A stretch of 64,000 nucleotides of DNA. Source: Octopus bimaculoides. Lineage: Eukaryota. Numbering within the stretch: position 1 is the stretch's first letter; each line of letters opens with the position of its first letter. Location of the stretch: assembly GCF_001194135.2 (NCBI RefSeq), contig NC_068986.1, positions 56,332,254 through 56,396,253 on the forward strand, given 5' to 3'. The notes beneath the pieces were generated by a model that did no database searches, had not been told where the DNA came from, and saw only the letters and a program-made list of their open reading frames with translations. Below, in pieces: positions 24,319 to 37,451 of the stretch. The position numbers and the translations under genes are program-made.

Positions 24319-24650
24319 CGCATGGCTCAGTAGTTAGAGTGTTGGGCTCACAATCATGAGGTAGTGAGTTTGATTCCCAGACTGGGCTGTGTGTTGTGTT
24401 CTTTAGCAAGATGCTTTATTTCACATCACTCCAGTTCACTCAGCTGTAGAAAGGAGTTACAACATCACTGGTGCCAAGCTGTGTCAGCCTTTGCCTTTCC
24501 CTTGGATAACATCAGTGGTGTGGAGAGGAGAGGCTGGTATGCATGGGCAACTGCTAGTCTTCTATAAAACAATCTTGCCCAGACTTGTGCCTCAGAGGGG
24601 AACTTTCTAGGTGCATGCCATGGTCATTCATGACCGAAGGGGATCTTTAC
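24319..24650 (+). mobile_element. tRNA-derived SINE (fourth family)
   Basis: Head GCATGGCTCAGTAGTTAGAGTG...GTTTGATTCCC with A/B-box-like motifs, then CAAGATGCTTTATTTCAC..CCAGTTCACTCAGCTG. A related minus fragment lies at about 62245-62365. Confidence 0.65.
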
Positions 24651-24689
24651 CCAGTGGTTAGAGTGTGATATGTTGTGAAGTGGTGATAT

Positions 24690-24905
24690 ATGTTGTTGTT
24701 TAGCCATAAGTCAGGTCAGGTCTAACCAAGCAGACCTATGATGGGTGTTCCAGCCATGGCCTTCATATAATTTCTTTCATCCTGGACATAATATACATAG
24801 GAAGAATCCAATATCTCCTCCTTTTTTTTAAAGATAGAAAAATGTGATTTGAGGGAGATTTGGTTGTTATTTCAGATATGATTGAACAGTCCTATGACCG
24901 CAAGT
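24690..24905 (+). repeat. Unclassified dispersed repeat, family D (TTGTTTAGCC..GGTCAG...GAGGGAGATTTGG.TG.TATTTCTAG)
   Basis: The same blocks recur near 17450-17650 (-), 20615-20700, 24035-24265, 27700-27830, 33980-34080, 34905-35085, 48925-49125, 50030-50230 (-), 54940-55150 and 55320-55510. Confidence 0.7.
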
Positions 24906-25479
24906 GTTTTACACCTTTACCTGCTCTAAATACAATGTATCTAGAGCTACATTAGCTAATGTGTTTGCCCTCCCCAGCAGGAGGTGTTATGAGGGGAAAT
25001 TTGACTGTTTTCTTAAGCAGTCTGTTATTGCTTAGCCCTGATAGAGCAAATCTGTGGTGAAATCAAATAAGGCTAATCTAATCTTTTTCTTTTGTTTTGC
25101 TTTTACATTTGTTGATATTTCACTCTACTTGCTTTTTCTATCTTACTACTATTGTTTAGCTCTCTCTTTCTTTTTCCTTTGGGGCAGGAATCTATTTTTA
25201 TATACTCCCCCCCTCTCCAACTTTATCCATCCTTTATGAAGTCTTTTCATTTTCTTTTTCTCTGCAATGCCTTTCCTTGCTCCTATTCAATTTCTTCTTT
25301 CTTTCCCACTTTCTCTGTCTCACTGTTACTTTCTGTCTCTCACATTCACCCCTCTTTTTCACTTTTCTTCCTTCTCTCACTTCCACTTCATTTTTCTCTC
25401 TCCTAATTCTTTGACTATTCTCTTCCTTTGTTCTCATCACTGTGTTCTTTTCTCACTGTCATTTTCTCCTTGCATTCTA

Positions 25480-26275
25480 GTAGCTAGTATGCTTCGCTGG
25501 ATGTGCAATGTCAGTGTGTATGTACAACAGAGTGTAAGTGTCTTGAGAGAAAAGCTGGGCATAAGGGGTATCAGATGTGGTGTACAAGAGAGATGGCTGT
25601 GTTGGTATGGTCATGTGATGCAGATGAATGTTGACAGCTGTTTGAAGAAGTGCTGATATCTAACTGGAGAGAAGCTGTAGAAGAGGGAGACCCAGGAAGA
25701 CATGGGATGAGGTGGTGAAGCATGATCTTCGAACATTGGGCCTCACAGACGCAATGACTTGTGACCGAGATTTTTGGTGATATGCTATGTTTGAGAAGAC
25801 CTGTCAAGCCAAGTTAAATCATTGTCGGTGTCAAGTAACACATACCTGTGCTTGTGGCACGTAAAGTGCACCTTTTGAGCATTGGGCCTCACGGAGGCAA
25901 TATGGCCGATGTCGGTGTTGTGAAACAAGCACCCATGCTGGTGGCATGTAAAAAGCACCTTTTGAGCATTGAGCCTCATGGAGATAATGACAGATGACCG
26001 AGATCTTTGGCAATATGCTGTGCTTGAGAAGAAACCCACATCAAATCAAATGAGATCATAGTTGTGACAGATACTGGTGTCACACAACTGGCACCTGTGC
26101 TGGTGGCATACAAAAGCACCCATTACACTCTTGGAGTAGTTGGCTTTAAGAAGGGCATCCAGCTGTAGGAACCATGCTGAATCAGACTGGAGTCTGATGT
26201 AACCCCTCTGCTTACCAGTCCTAGTCAAATCATCCTACTCATGACAGCATGGATAATAGACATTAAATGATGATG
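25480..26275 (+). mobile_element. 5'-truncated RTE LINE: ORF C-terminus plus 3' UTR
   Basis: MLRWMCNVSV..QSVSVLREKLGIRGIRCGVQERWLCWYGHVM..., followed by a family-A tail ending GATGATGAC. Confidence 0.9.
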
Positions 26276-26933
26276 ACGATTCTATTCCCTCTCATTGCTC
26301 TCTCATTTGCTTTCTTTTTCCCCTTTCTTCAATCTCTGTTATTTATATTCTTTAGTTCCACCCTTTCTTCTTCATTCCTGTTTTCTTTTCTTCAGTCTTC
26401 CAGTCTGTTTTCTTTTCTTTCAGAGTTGTTCCTTCTCTCCCTCTCATTTCTCTAGCATATTTCCTTTCTTCTCTCCTTCATCTTTCATACCTCTTTCTCT
26501 TTTTAATCAATCACATCCTACTTTTTTTTTATCTTTCACACATTTCTTTCCTCATTCAATTAATAGAACTATCTGCTCATTGAATCATAATATAAATGGC
26601 CAAGTATTCCACAGACAGTTGTACCTTTTAACATAATCCTTCAACAGAATCAGTGTTGATGCTGTATATGGCCTTCATGACTTGACTTTCAGATCACAGG
26701 TCCAGTCAGTGTGAAATAGTTTCACAGTTTTCATCTACCTAGTTTTATACATAAGATTTGTTTTGAATTTGAGTTATAGTAAAAAAGATTTAACCTTAAG
26801 AAACTTTTACAAACTCTACAGTCAAACACACATTTTGATAGTTTCTCTGTTTCATTATGATTTGTTATTTAAATTCATCTTTATTTCTTCGATTTTCCTT
26901 TTTCTTTTTATTGTGTACTATCCATTACATCTG

Positions 26934-26978
<45 letters not shown>

Positions 26979-27472
26979 AGTAAGGACTTGGAATGCAAAA
27001 GCACTGAACAAATACTGCAAAGCATCTCAGTTGACATACTAACAGTTCTACCAGAAAAAATAAAATGGCAAAGTTGACATCAGCTGGATTTGAACATGGA
27101 GCAAAGAATAAATATTGGCTTCAAATTTGGGCACAATGCCATCAATTTCAGGGGTGGAGCTAAGTCAATAAAATTGAATTTGGTGCTCAACTGGTACTTA
27201 TTTTATTGACCCTGAAAAGATGAAAACCAAAGTTGACCCTGGTAGCATTTGAACCTAGAACACAAAGTCGTTTGAAATGCTACTAAGCATTTTGTTTTAC
27301 ATGCTCACAATTCTGCCAGCTCGCCACCTTAACTGGAACAAATATTGCCTTATGTTCTAATGACTTTGCCAGTTTGTCATCATGTTGTGTTATGTATTGT
27401 ATTTTATGTGTTGTATTTTGTGAATTATACTTATTGATTTTATCTCTATCTTTCTCTCTCTCTCTTCTACAG

Positions 27473-27586
27473 TGGAAATACGATTACTTGACATGTACAT
27501 ATTTCCTTCTCCTTGAGAAAAAGAAGAAAGGCTTGCTTCTCCGCCTGTATGATGCCCGACCCTTGCTTCTACCTTTACAACCAAAG
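27473..27586 (+). CDS. MELK: MELK exon: UBA domain second part (WKYDYLTCTYFLLLEKKKKGLLLRLYDARPLLLPLQPK)
   Basis: CT-rich tract plus AG at 27471-27472, GTAAG at 27587; 114 bp, phase 0-0. Matches MELK W.YD.LT.TY.LLL.KK..G...RL. Confidence 0.92.
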
Positions 27587-27909
27587 GTAAGTTATAGAGA
27601 GAAGTGTTTGGTGTTATTACTGATTTTGTTATTTATGTATGTAATCTTTTTTGGCATGCATGTTGTTTTACTCCGGGTCAGACCTCTGGTTGAAGGCTTT
27701 TAGGCCATGACAATTTCCTCTTTTTTTATATTTAGCACTACTTTGTCCAGTATATATAGGCTGAAGTGATTTGAAGGATATTTGGCTGCTATTTCTAGCA
27801 AATCAAGTCACCACGTAGAGGTTCAATTATTGGGTTGTAGAAAAGAGTGCTGTTGATTTTGTTGTAGCATTATGTATTTACATATCTTTTTTATTGATAT
27901 GCCTGTTAA

Positions 27910-28129
27910 CCCTTTAGCATTTAAACCAGCCCTATCTTGCCCAAATATTCTACCTGTTTTATGTTCAAACCATCCATATTTGGCCTTTCATACCTACCTT
28001 ACAATGTCATTCTAAAAATAACCTGCTACATCATTGAAATCTTAAAGGTACGAAACAATGCATGATTAATTCAAAACAATGTGAATTAATAAGGATTACA
28101 TTTGACAGAGTAATCTGAATGTTAAAGGG
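27910..28129. mobile_element. 220-bp MITE with TTAA target duplication (piggyBac-like)
   Basis: TTAA (27906-27909)|CCCTTTAGCATT ... AATGTTAAAGGG|TTAA (28130-28133). Confidence 0.85.
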
Positions 28130-28637
28130 TTAAGTCATTTTTAGGCATAAGTTAATCCTGGTTATTGCTCATCAAAGGCATTCCACTTCTTTTTTCTTAA
28201 GGCATTACTAAACCTATGCCAACATTATCTAATACGTTCATCTTGTAAGATGACAAGGTGTGTAAGATAAAGAGATTTGGCTTTTACTTTAAGCAAGTCT
28301 ACCAATCATATAAACTTGTTAGTCTGTGTAGATGAATGAATGAGATGGACACCAGACAACCACTTTAGAGGTTGATGGGTCATCTTTATGTTGTCCATTT
28401 TCTCCTTTATCTTTTACTTGTTTCAGTCATTGGACTGCGACTATGCTGGAGTACCACCTTGAACTGTTTTTAGTTAAACGAATCAACTCCAGTACTTTTG
28501 TTGAGCTTGCTACTTATTCAGGTTGAACTCTTTTGTTGAATTGTGAAGTTGTGGGGACATAAACAAACCAACACAGGTGGTCATGCAGTAATGGGGGACA
28601 AATACTAAAACACATAAACATATGTGTGTGTGTGTGT

Positions 28638-28924
28638 ATCCAAAATTAGGGAATGGAGTAGATAAAATCCAGGCTACATATGTTTCATATGTAGCAGAAC
28701 CTTGGACATAGTAATTACCCAAACGAAAGGTAATCCACTAATCTCTTGCATGTTGACATGGGATCCCTTGATGACAATGTAAACTTCATTTGATTAAGGT
28801 GTCTTTGGCCAGATGAGTAGCTAGCGGATTACCCGTCATTTGGATAAGTACTACTTCCGAAGTTTTGCTTGCTATGGAACATATGTAGCCTGGATTTTAT
28901 CTATTACATTCTTTAATTTTGGAT
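28638..28924. mobile_element. Fold-back MITE with about 105-bp inverted arms
   Basis: ATCCAAAATT...TAGATAAAATCCAGGCTACATATGTT... on the left arm and its reverse complement on the right; inserted in a family-B SINE. Confidence 0.85.
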
Positions 28925-30687
28925 TTTTATTTGCATACACAGCAACTCCAGCTGCTAACCGTGAGCTATAGAATAACTTCTCACAGCTTATCGAATTTTG
29001 ATATGGGAAAAATTTACAACCTTTTACATCAATAAACCACTATTATTCCTGAAAGTTGTTTTTTATACTTTCTANNNNNNNNNNNNNNNNNNNNNNNNNN
29101 NNNNNNNNNNNNNNNNNNNNNNNNNNNNNNNNNNNNNNNNNNNNNNNNNNNNNNNNNNNNNNNNNNNNNNNNNNNNNNNNNNNNNNNNNNNNNNNNNNNN
29201 NNNNNNNNNNNNNNNNNNNNNNNNNNNNNNNNNNNNNNNNNNNNNNNNNNNNNNNNNNNNNNNNNNNNNNNNNNNNNNNTATATATATATATATATATAT
29301 ATGACAGACTTCTTTCAGTTTCCATCTAACGAATCCACTTGCTAGGCTTTGGTTGTTCTGGGGCTATAGTAGAAGACACTTGCTCAAGATGTTACATAGT
29401 GGGACTGAACCTGAAACCACATGGTCAGGAGGCAGAAAGAGACTATGTCCATTGCCTTCACAAGCTCACTGAGACTAGTGAGATAAACTTGGTTAACATT
29501 CCTCTTGAACAGTTGTAAGTTGATGGCTGCAGAAGAAAATGTATATTCATTTGTTTTCATGTCTGTTTTTTCATGCTGGTTTGAGCTAGATGAATATATT
29601 ATTGAGGCATTATTTTACAACTGGATGCCCTTCTTGTCACTAATTTTTACCTGTTTTTCAAGCAAGGGATCTCTTGTTTCACACACCTTTGACATGTGAA
29701 GTGAGTGGATGATTTATTGACAGGAAAGGTACCACCACCATCTGAAGCTAGTGACTTTTGTAGAGAGCAATCATATACACATGCACAAACATACTCACTC
29801 ACTCACTCACTCAATAGGCTTTTTTCTGTTTCCATCTGCCATCACTTACAAGGCTTTAGTCACTCTGGGACTATTATAGAAGATTCTTGCCCAAGGCACT
29901 GTGCTGTGAGACAGAACATGAAACCATGTGGTTAGGAAGCAAACTTCTTAACTACTCAGCCATGCCTGCAGGGATTCTGGAGGGACAATATTCTGGGAAG
30001 TAATGATTGGGTGTGGTGGTTACTACAAGGTTTGAGGTGGATGGCTTGATGCAGCCACCTTGGGGTGACAACTGGAGGGGGAAATAAGTGAAATGAAGGT
30101 ACTTGGCTGGAGGTAGCATGAGACCAACCAGCTTGGAGTGAACAGAAACTGCTGTAGTAGGAAAACCAGAGAGAGAAGATATGTTTGTAAATCAGAGTTT
30201 GGAGTTTGTTGATAAATGCATTTAATGCAATATTTCAGTGTCTAAGAGACTTAGTTCTGAATAGTTCAGCTAACCAGCCAAGTTTGTTGTTGTTATTTAG
30301 CCCTTGGTCAAATCTTACTAAGCAGACCTATGATTAAAGGCATTTTAACCATGATTATTCCTCTTATTTTGTGTATCAGGAGCCATAATGTCTTCTTATA
30401 TTCACCTTGTACTTTGACCTCTACATCTTTCTCTCTCCAGATAGGGAAGCCTTGCGCTTGTCTTTCTATCATACTGTCATATCCCTCATTACTATACCCC
30501 ACTCATTTGAGGGATATTGTCTTGTGGGTTCTGGTGACCTCACAAAAAAAGCATCCAGTACTCTCAGTAAAGTTGTTGGCATTAGGAAGAGTAGAAACCA
30601 TACCAAAGCAGACATTCATGTTGAACCATTCAGCCTATGATGATGCTGATGATGATATGGTCTAATGTATCCTTTAAGACATTAGAG

Positions 30688-33620
30688 CATAGCTTCCCAA
30701 AATGGGGGATTTCAACTTACAGGAGGGCGATAGGCAAATTTCTAGAAAATGGTGGGCGTTTTGAGATTTTGGTGGGTGATATGAACATTTTGTGGGTGAC
30801 AATAAATCTTTAGAAATCAAGTCTGCATTTACTGATATCTAGGCATGCCTAGAATAAGGATGCACTTTTATCGATTTAACTGCTCGCATGAGATGTTCCC
30901 TTTGTATTAAAAATGCAGACTTTTTTATCAATCGAATATTTTTGTCGCAGATGGATGTGCAAATAGCAGCCAAATAGGCCTAGGCCTTAAATCACACTCT
31001 ACAACAAGTTTTTTTTTTTTGGCATAGTCATATGAAATCCCACGTGTAGAATTCAAATTTGCAGAAATTTCCTGAAAATCCAAAAAATAAAAAAGTTATA
31101 AGGAATTATATGTCGTGCATAATTCCGTGGTTTCATATCAAAACTCAAGTGCAATTTTCAGGATGTCAAAATGTGCAGTCACGCACAAAATGACAGCTTT
31201 GAAATTGTGTTTCTTGACTAGGGGAAAATGATCAAATTTTAAACCTCTATAACTTTTTAAAACATTTTTCTGGAAAAAGTTGAATAACTCCAGCAATTTA
31301 GCTTGGAAAGGTACATCAATGTGCCAAATTTTAAAATTTTCAATAAACTTTAATTTTTGAAATGCTGGCAGCCAAATGAACTAGATCCGCATTTGCTCCA
31401 GTAAAGACATATCATCTGACTCTGCTCTACTGGGAATACCATACTGCCTTTCTGACACCATCTGTCGAAATTTGTTTTCACATTTTCACTTTACTGATGC
31501 CTACAGTCAAGAAAATTTGTTAACAGTACAGTAGTGATTATTTATCGTTTAGATTTATTCCCTCTCCTCAGAACTGTCAGTTATGAATGTGTCTTCTTTG
31601 CATCAAACATTGACCAGTGAAGCAATGAAACCTTCACACTTGAAGTATTACTTTAATGCAAAGCATTCTGAGAAGAAGGACAAGCTGTTATCATACTTTT
31701 TGCAACTGAGCTCCTCTTTCAAAAACCAAACACAAACATTCAACACTCTACTCCAGGAAACTAGTAAACAGGAGAATGATGGGTTGATTGCATCGTACAA
31801 CATTGCATTGCTTGTTGCTAAGTCTGGGAAGTTTCACATAATTGGAGAAACATTATTTCGCCCGGTTATGCATTTAAAACACAATTTCTCGACGCATTGA
31901 TGAAATGGCCAACGATGTCAAACATCAGCTCATTAATATTCTCCAGCGTTCTGAAATTTCTGTACAAGTGGATGAGTCAACTGTTGTGGACAATCAATGT
32001 TTGATGATTGTATATGTTCAGTACTTCAGCGAAGACCTTCAACCTTCTGAGGAAATGCTGTTCACAGAAATTGCCACTTGGTTCAAGAGGTGCAACTATT
32101 TTTCACCCTCTCAAGTCTTTCCTTTTTGAACATAATATCCCACTCAGTAATATTCTTGCCTGTGCGTCTGATGGAGCCCCATCGACGATAAGAAGATACA
32201 GAGGTTTTTTATTTCTCCTAAACTGTGAAATTTCCTACCAGATACTGTTTGTTGCTTGGCACATTGGCAGCATTTAGTGGCAAAAAATATGAACAGTAGG
32301 TTGAATGATGTGCTACAGTTAGTTATCAAAACTGTGAACAAATTGAAGTCCATTCCCTTGTCTGATTGAATTTTCCGTCAACTCTGTCTAAGAAATGATG
32401 AGGACCATACTAAACTCTTATACTCTACCAAAGTGTAGTGGCTGTCAAAAGGAAACTGTGTTTTATGCTTTGTTGAACTGTTTCATATAATCACATCTTT
32501 CTTTGAAGTTACTCCACTATCTGCTTCATTGATGGTTGCAAGGTGCCATATCTTTTTTCTTTGTGATATATTCACAAAATTAAATGATTTGTATAAGTTA
32601 TTGCAAGGAAACAGAAAAACTCCCGTTGATTGTAAATCATTTATCACTACTTTCATTTCGAAATTGGTGTTGTATAAGACTAACATTTCAAAACGTCAAT
32701 TCCATCAATTTCTACAACTTGATTCTTTGAAATATGAATTAGTTGAGAATTTAACTATATATTGCAACTGTTTGCAATCATTGCATGATAACATGGTGGA
32801 GCGATTTCAAAATGTTATTGCGCTGAATATTCCAAATTGATATAGCAATCCATTTGAGGTCGATGCAGTCGATTGCAAGGATGATGTTCAGGAGGAATTG
32901 ATAGAATTACAAAATGACAATGATGCCACAATGTGATATCGCCGTAATGGCAAAGAAGATTTGTGGTACCATCAGAGTATACTGAATTCCTACCCCAGTC
33001 TGTGGAAACATCTGAAATTACTTTTGCTTACCTTCCCTACCTTATACTTGTTTGAATCTAGTTTTAACCATGTTGGAACTTTACTTTGTCATAAAAGAAT
33101 TGGACTGGATGTGACACAATGAGGAGACTTGCGGCTAAAGTTGACAAGTTTGAAACCAAATGTATTAGCACTGGCTGCATCGCACCAGACACAGTCCTCA
33201 TTAAAAGTTTTATTTTTTTTCTTTATAATACAATCATTAATTATTTTTGCATTGGTAATTCTGATCAATGGTTCATTTGGGGAAAATGAAAATCAGTGTA
33301 AAAGAATGTGTAAGTTTTCAGAAGTTAATCTGTCTGAAAGATATATAGTTAATGTTAGAATTTTATTGATACTAATGGCAAAACTAAACCCACCATAAGG
33401 GACTTGTATACAACTGCATATTTAGTACAAAAGGCACTAACAGGGCAATGAATCTACGATATAGTATGTGTGTGTCAAATGATACGGTGGGGGAGCTAGG
33501 GATTTTGTGTGTGTGTGTGTGGGGTGTCAGGGTTTTTTTTACACTGGTGAGCGATGGAGCATTTTTTGGCCGACAGGTGGGTGATATTACAATTTGGCAT
33601 GAAAAGTTTGGGAAACACTG
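30688..33620 (+). mobile_element. Decayed full-length hAT DNA transposon (Buster/Charlie, SCAND3/ZBED5/FAM200-like transposase)
   Basis: 8-bp TSD CATTAGAG at 30680-30687 and 33621-33628. Imperfect TIRs CATAGCTTCCCAAAAT / CAGTGTTTCCCAAACT. Transposase pieces at about 31583-33203: EAMKPSHLK, SVQVDEST, CASDGAPS, FLCDIFTKLNDL, LRLKLTSLKPN. Confidence 0.92.
31583..33203 (+). pseudogene. Broken hAT transposase ORF
   Basis: Successive ORFs 31583-31900, 31905-32129, 32008-32277, 32529-32840 and 33129 onward in shifting frames, with stops; BED-like N-terminal part, DDE core and C-terminal dimerisation-like part. Confidence 0.88.
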
Positions 33621-34182
33621 CATTAGAGTGTATGTTGGAGATTTAACTGCTCTCTCTGGTAGGCTGAGTAACCAGGTGTAGTCTTCCTTGTTAGTTTTTA
33701 TCTTAGTGGTTTTGTTTGATCTGTTGGATTGTGTCCCCAGCAAAGATGCTTAACTTACAATGGTTGATCTTAGATGGAAATACTCTTGGAGTAGAGGTGC
33801 AGTTTTCAACTGTAAAATTCAGGGACTCTATATAAATAACTCAATTTTGCCTTTTATTCCTCTGGAGTGGACATATAAAAGTGTACCAGTAAAATACTAG
33901 TGTGCATTAAATTTACTCTGTGGCTACTCTATGCATTTTAATTAAATTTATGCCAGTGTGAAAGATCAATCAAAGTGGTTTAGCCCAGGTCAGTCCTGAT
34001 CCAGCAGAACTATAATCAATGGGATTCCAGCCATAACTACACTATTCTGTTTTCAGATATAGTGTATCTAGGACTATGTCATTTAATGTCATTTCTTTTT
34101 TATGCAATTCTTATTTATTATGGCTAAATATTTATCATTTTTTATTCTTAATTATTAAAAAAAAATTTATTTTGCTATATTT

Positions 34183-34496
34183 NNNNNNNNNNNNNNNNNN
34201 NNNNNNNNNNNNNNNNNNNNNNNNNNNNNNNNNNNNNNNNNNNNNNNNNNNNNNNNNNNNNNNNNNNNNNNNNNNNNNNNNNNNNNNNNNNNNNNNNNNN
34301 NNNNNNNNNNNNNNNNNNNNNNNNNNNNNNNNNNNNNNNNNNNNNNNNNNNNNNNNNNNNNNNNNNNNNNNNNNNNNNNNNNNNNNNNNNNNNNNNNNNN
34401 NNNNNNNNNNNNNNNNNNNNNNNNNNNNNNNNNNNNNNNNNNNNNNNNNNNNNNNNNNNNNNNNNNNNNNNNNNNNNNNNNNNNNNNNNNNNNNNN
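34183..34496. other. Assembly gap probably hiding MELK coding sequence
   Basis: N run between a T-rich intron-end-like tract and an open exon frame. Other gaps at about 2345-2396, 13225-13234, 18323-18816, 20140-20353, 29076-29279, 48539-48599, 50351-50375, 60762-61361 and 62499-62742. Confidence 0.9.
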
Positions 34497-34635
34497 AAAG
34501 TGGACAATACTTTTGCTGTCCCACTCTCTGCTGCACCAACTCCACGTTCACGAAAATGCAAATCAGTAAAGCCAACACGTCGCAGTCGGTCACCTTTGAT
34601 GGGTCGACAACTACAACAGTTGGTAGAAGGGAAAG
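34497..34635 (+). CDS. MELK: Probable MELK linker exon, 5' part hidden in N gap (KVDNTFAVPLSAAPTPRSRKCKSVKPTRRSRSPLMGRQLQQLVEGK)
   Basis: Open frame straight out of the gap 34183-34496, with an S/T-P and basic-rich peptide. The donor AAG|GTCTGT at 34636 gives phase 1, matching the next exon. The linker is poorly conserved, so the call rests on phase and composition. Confidence 0.65.
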
Positions 34636-35480
34636 GTCTGTGCTTACTTGATATTTGTTGTTTACTTATTATATTGATGTTTTTCTTTGTTGTTGTTATT
34701 ATTTACCCTCACTTCAGTCCTAATTGAGCAGTCATGTGATCAAAGACTTTCCAGCCTTGACCATCCTTTTTATTTTTTTTCATTTTTCAGGATTACATTA
34801 TCCTCTGTGGACATATCCTACTGTTTTTCTAAAATCATATGGTGTAATTTGAGGAAGATTTGGCTGCTACTTAAAACAGATTGAAATAGCCTTGTTGGCT
34901 TACTTAGTTGTTGTTTATCCCTAAGCCAGCTCAGGTTGAACATACCTACAAGCAAAAGTGTTCAAGTCCTGACCACTTTTTTTTTGATTTCTGGGTAGTA
35001 TGATCCAGAACCACAGTATCCAATGTGTTCTTTTTAAGTCAGTACAGCTTCATCTGAGCAAGAATTGGCTGCTTTTTCTAGGCTCCTTCAAGTCTCTTTA
35101 CTTTGCAGATTTCTTCTGAGGAAGGCCACAGTATCAAGTGTGTTTAAAACTTATTTCTGGTGTTATTGTTGAGTCTTATTACTCTATTTCATCTCATCCG
35201 TTCTAAATGAAAGAATTATTTTTTTTTTAAAGATTTCCCAGAAGTATAAGTATTTTATGTAATACTTGTTTCTATGTTACCATCAAATTAGACTATTACA
35301 AGTTTTAGTTTTTTTAGTTCCTCTGTATGTCTGGTATTGCTATTGCTGGCTTGCACATGGATTCTTGACAAACTTTATTACAGACAAAATGTAATGATGT
35401 TCTGATGAAAACCCATGTTAATTACTGTATCTATCTGTATAACAAAAAGATAAAATACTTTAAATTTTCCAAGCTATATG

Positions 35481-35523
<43 letters not shown>

Positions 35524-37132
35524 GTTAGTATAAATAAATATATTATAAAATAAAACAAGTACTACAACAATTTTCTCATCTATGAAGTCCAGTCACTTCA
35601 AGTTTCATTCATTTCAACCCTTTTTTTCTGGAATCTAGCTGCACTGCAAATATCTTTTGCTACTAACCTAAAGTACATCATAGTTTTTTTTCAACTCATA
35701 CATTATTGTAGGTGGCAGGTAAATATAATCTGTTTCTTGGGTTAACTGCACCACTTGGTCCTTGGTTGTCTTTAGCAGAGTACATTCTGTACCAATTTGG
35801 ACCGGGTCATTATCTTAGGGTAATCTTGTGTCTTGGTCTTCATTTCTTCCTTTCCTATATCAGCTGTGTTTTACTAGTTTATCTACAGTTATCTTCTGCA
35901 AAAATTGAATCTGTGCCTATTGAAAACAATTTCTGTAATTGTATGTGTATCCCAGGTTTTAGAATAGGTGCATTATATTCCTGTGTGTTGTCAGAAGCGA
36001 GTTAATATGTTGGCACCATTATCCAGCCATAAAACACTGCCTCCAACCCATGCCATCGTAGAAAAGGAAACATAAAAACATGATTTTGTTGTTGCTTAGC
36101 CTCATGTCAGCTCTGAATGGTCATGTCTATGATCAAACATGTTCATGCCATGCTACCCATCAAGACATGAACCTAGGATGATAATATACTAGATACATAT
36201 GTTTGTTTTCATTTTTAAGACAAAGTGTAACTTGAAGGAGATTTAGATGCTATTTCTAGGAGGTTAAGTGACAGCTCAGTGGCTCCTTCATTGGCTTAAA
36301 TATACAAAATGTTCCTACTTGTATTTGCATCAATGTGTATTATCATTATCGTCATCAAAGTTTTGATGTTTAATTTTTTTTTATTGACATGGCCTGGATG
36401 TGTTTGTCATAGCATATCTATAATCAGTTTTTCAGCGAAACCCAGGCTCCTGAGTTCTGGCTGTGTTATTTCTTCCTTGGTCTCTCTCTCTCTCTCTCTC
36501 TTTCATGGGTATCTTTCGCTACTAGCTTTTCACTTAGTGCTCATCATTCATTTGTATCATATCTGTACATGTGCTTACACACTCTGGTTTATGCCTTTAA
36601 TGCCTAGTTAGTTTAAATGTTTTCTGTTTTCTATGCAGATTAACGTTTCACATTCATTGTTCATTTCTCATTAATACCTGACATCATTCTTCTTAAATAT
36701 ATTTTGTGCAATTTGTATTTTGATTAACATTGGCAATAACTATTTGTCTTCTAACATATAACCACTGTACCTTCATTACATTAACTACCCATTCTAATTA
36801 GATCAGACGTTATTAACTTTGTTTAATAAGCCTGTATGTATGTGTTTAATTTAGGGGAAAATTTTTATTACAATAAAATGTATTTTATATATATATATAT
36901 ATACTCTTTATTTCTTTCAGTCATATGACTGCAACCATGCTGGAGCACCACCTTTAGTTGAACAAATTGACTCCAGGACATATTCTTTGTAAGCCTAGTA
37001 CTTATTCTATCAGTCTCTTTTATCGAACTGCTAAGTTACAGAGATGCAAACACACCAACATCAGTTGTCAAGCGATGATAGTGGGGGACAAACACAGACA
37101 TACAAAAATATACACACATATATATGTGTGTG

Positions 37133-37175
<43 letters not shown>

Positions 37176-37391
37176 TTTTGATACATATACATGTATGTAT
37201 GTATGTATGTATGTATGTATGTATGTATTAAAGAAAGCAAACTATAAAAAAAAAAAATTATAAAAGCAAAAGGCTATGTGTAAAAGAATCTGGCACCCGT
37301 CTGGTTTGGCATAGTTTTTGTGGCTGGATGCCCTTCCTAATACCACCACTTCACAGTGTGGACTGGATGCTTTTACGTGGCACCAACATGG

Positions 37392-37450
<59 letters not shown>

Positions 37451-37451
<1 letters not shown>

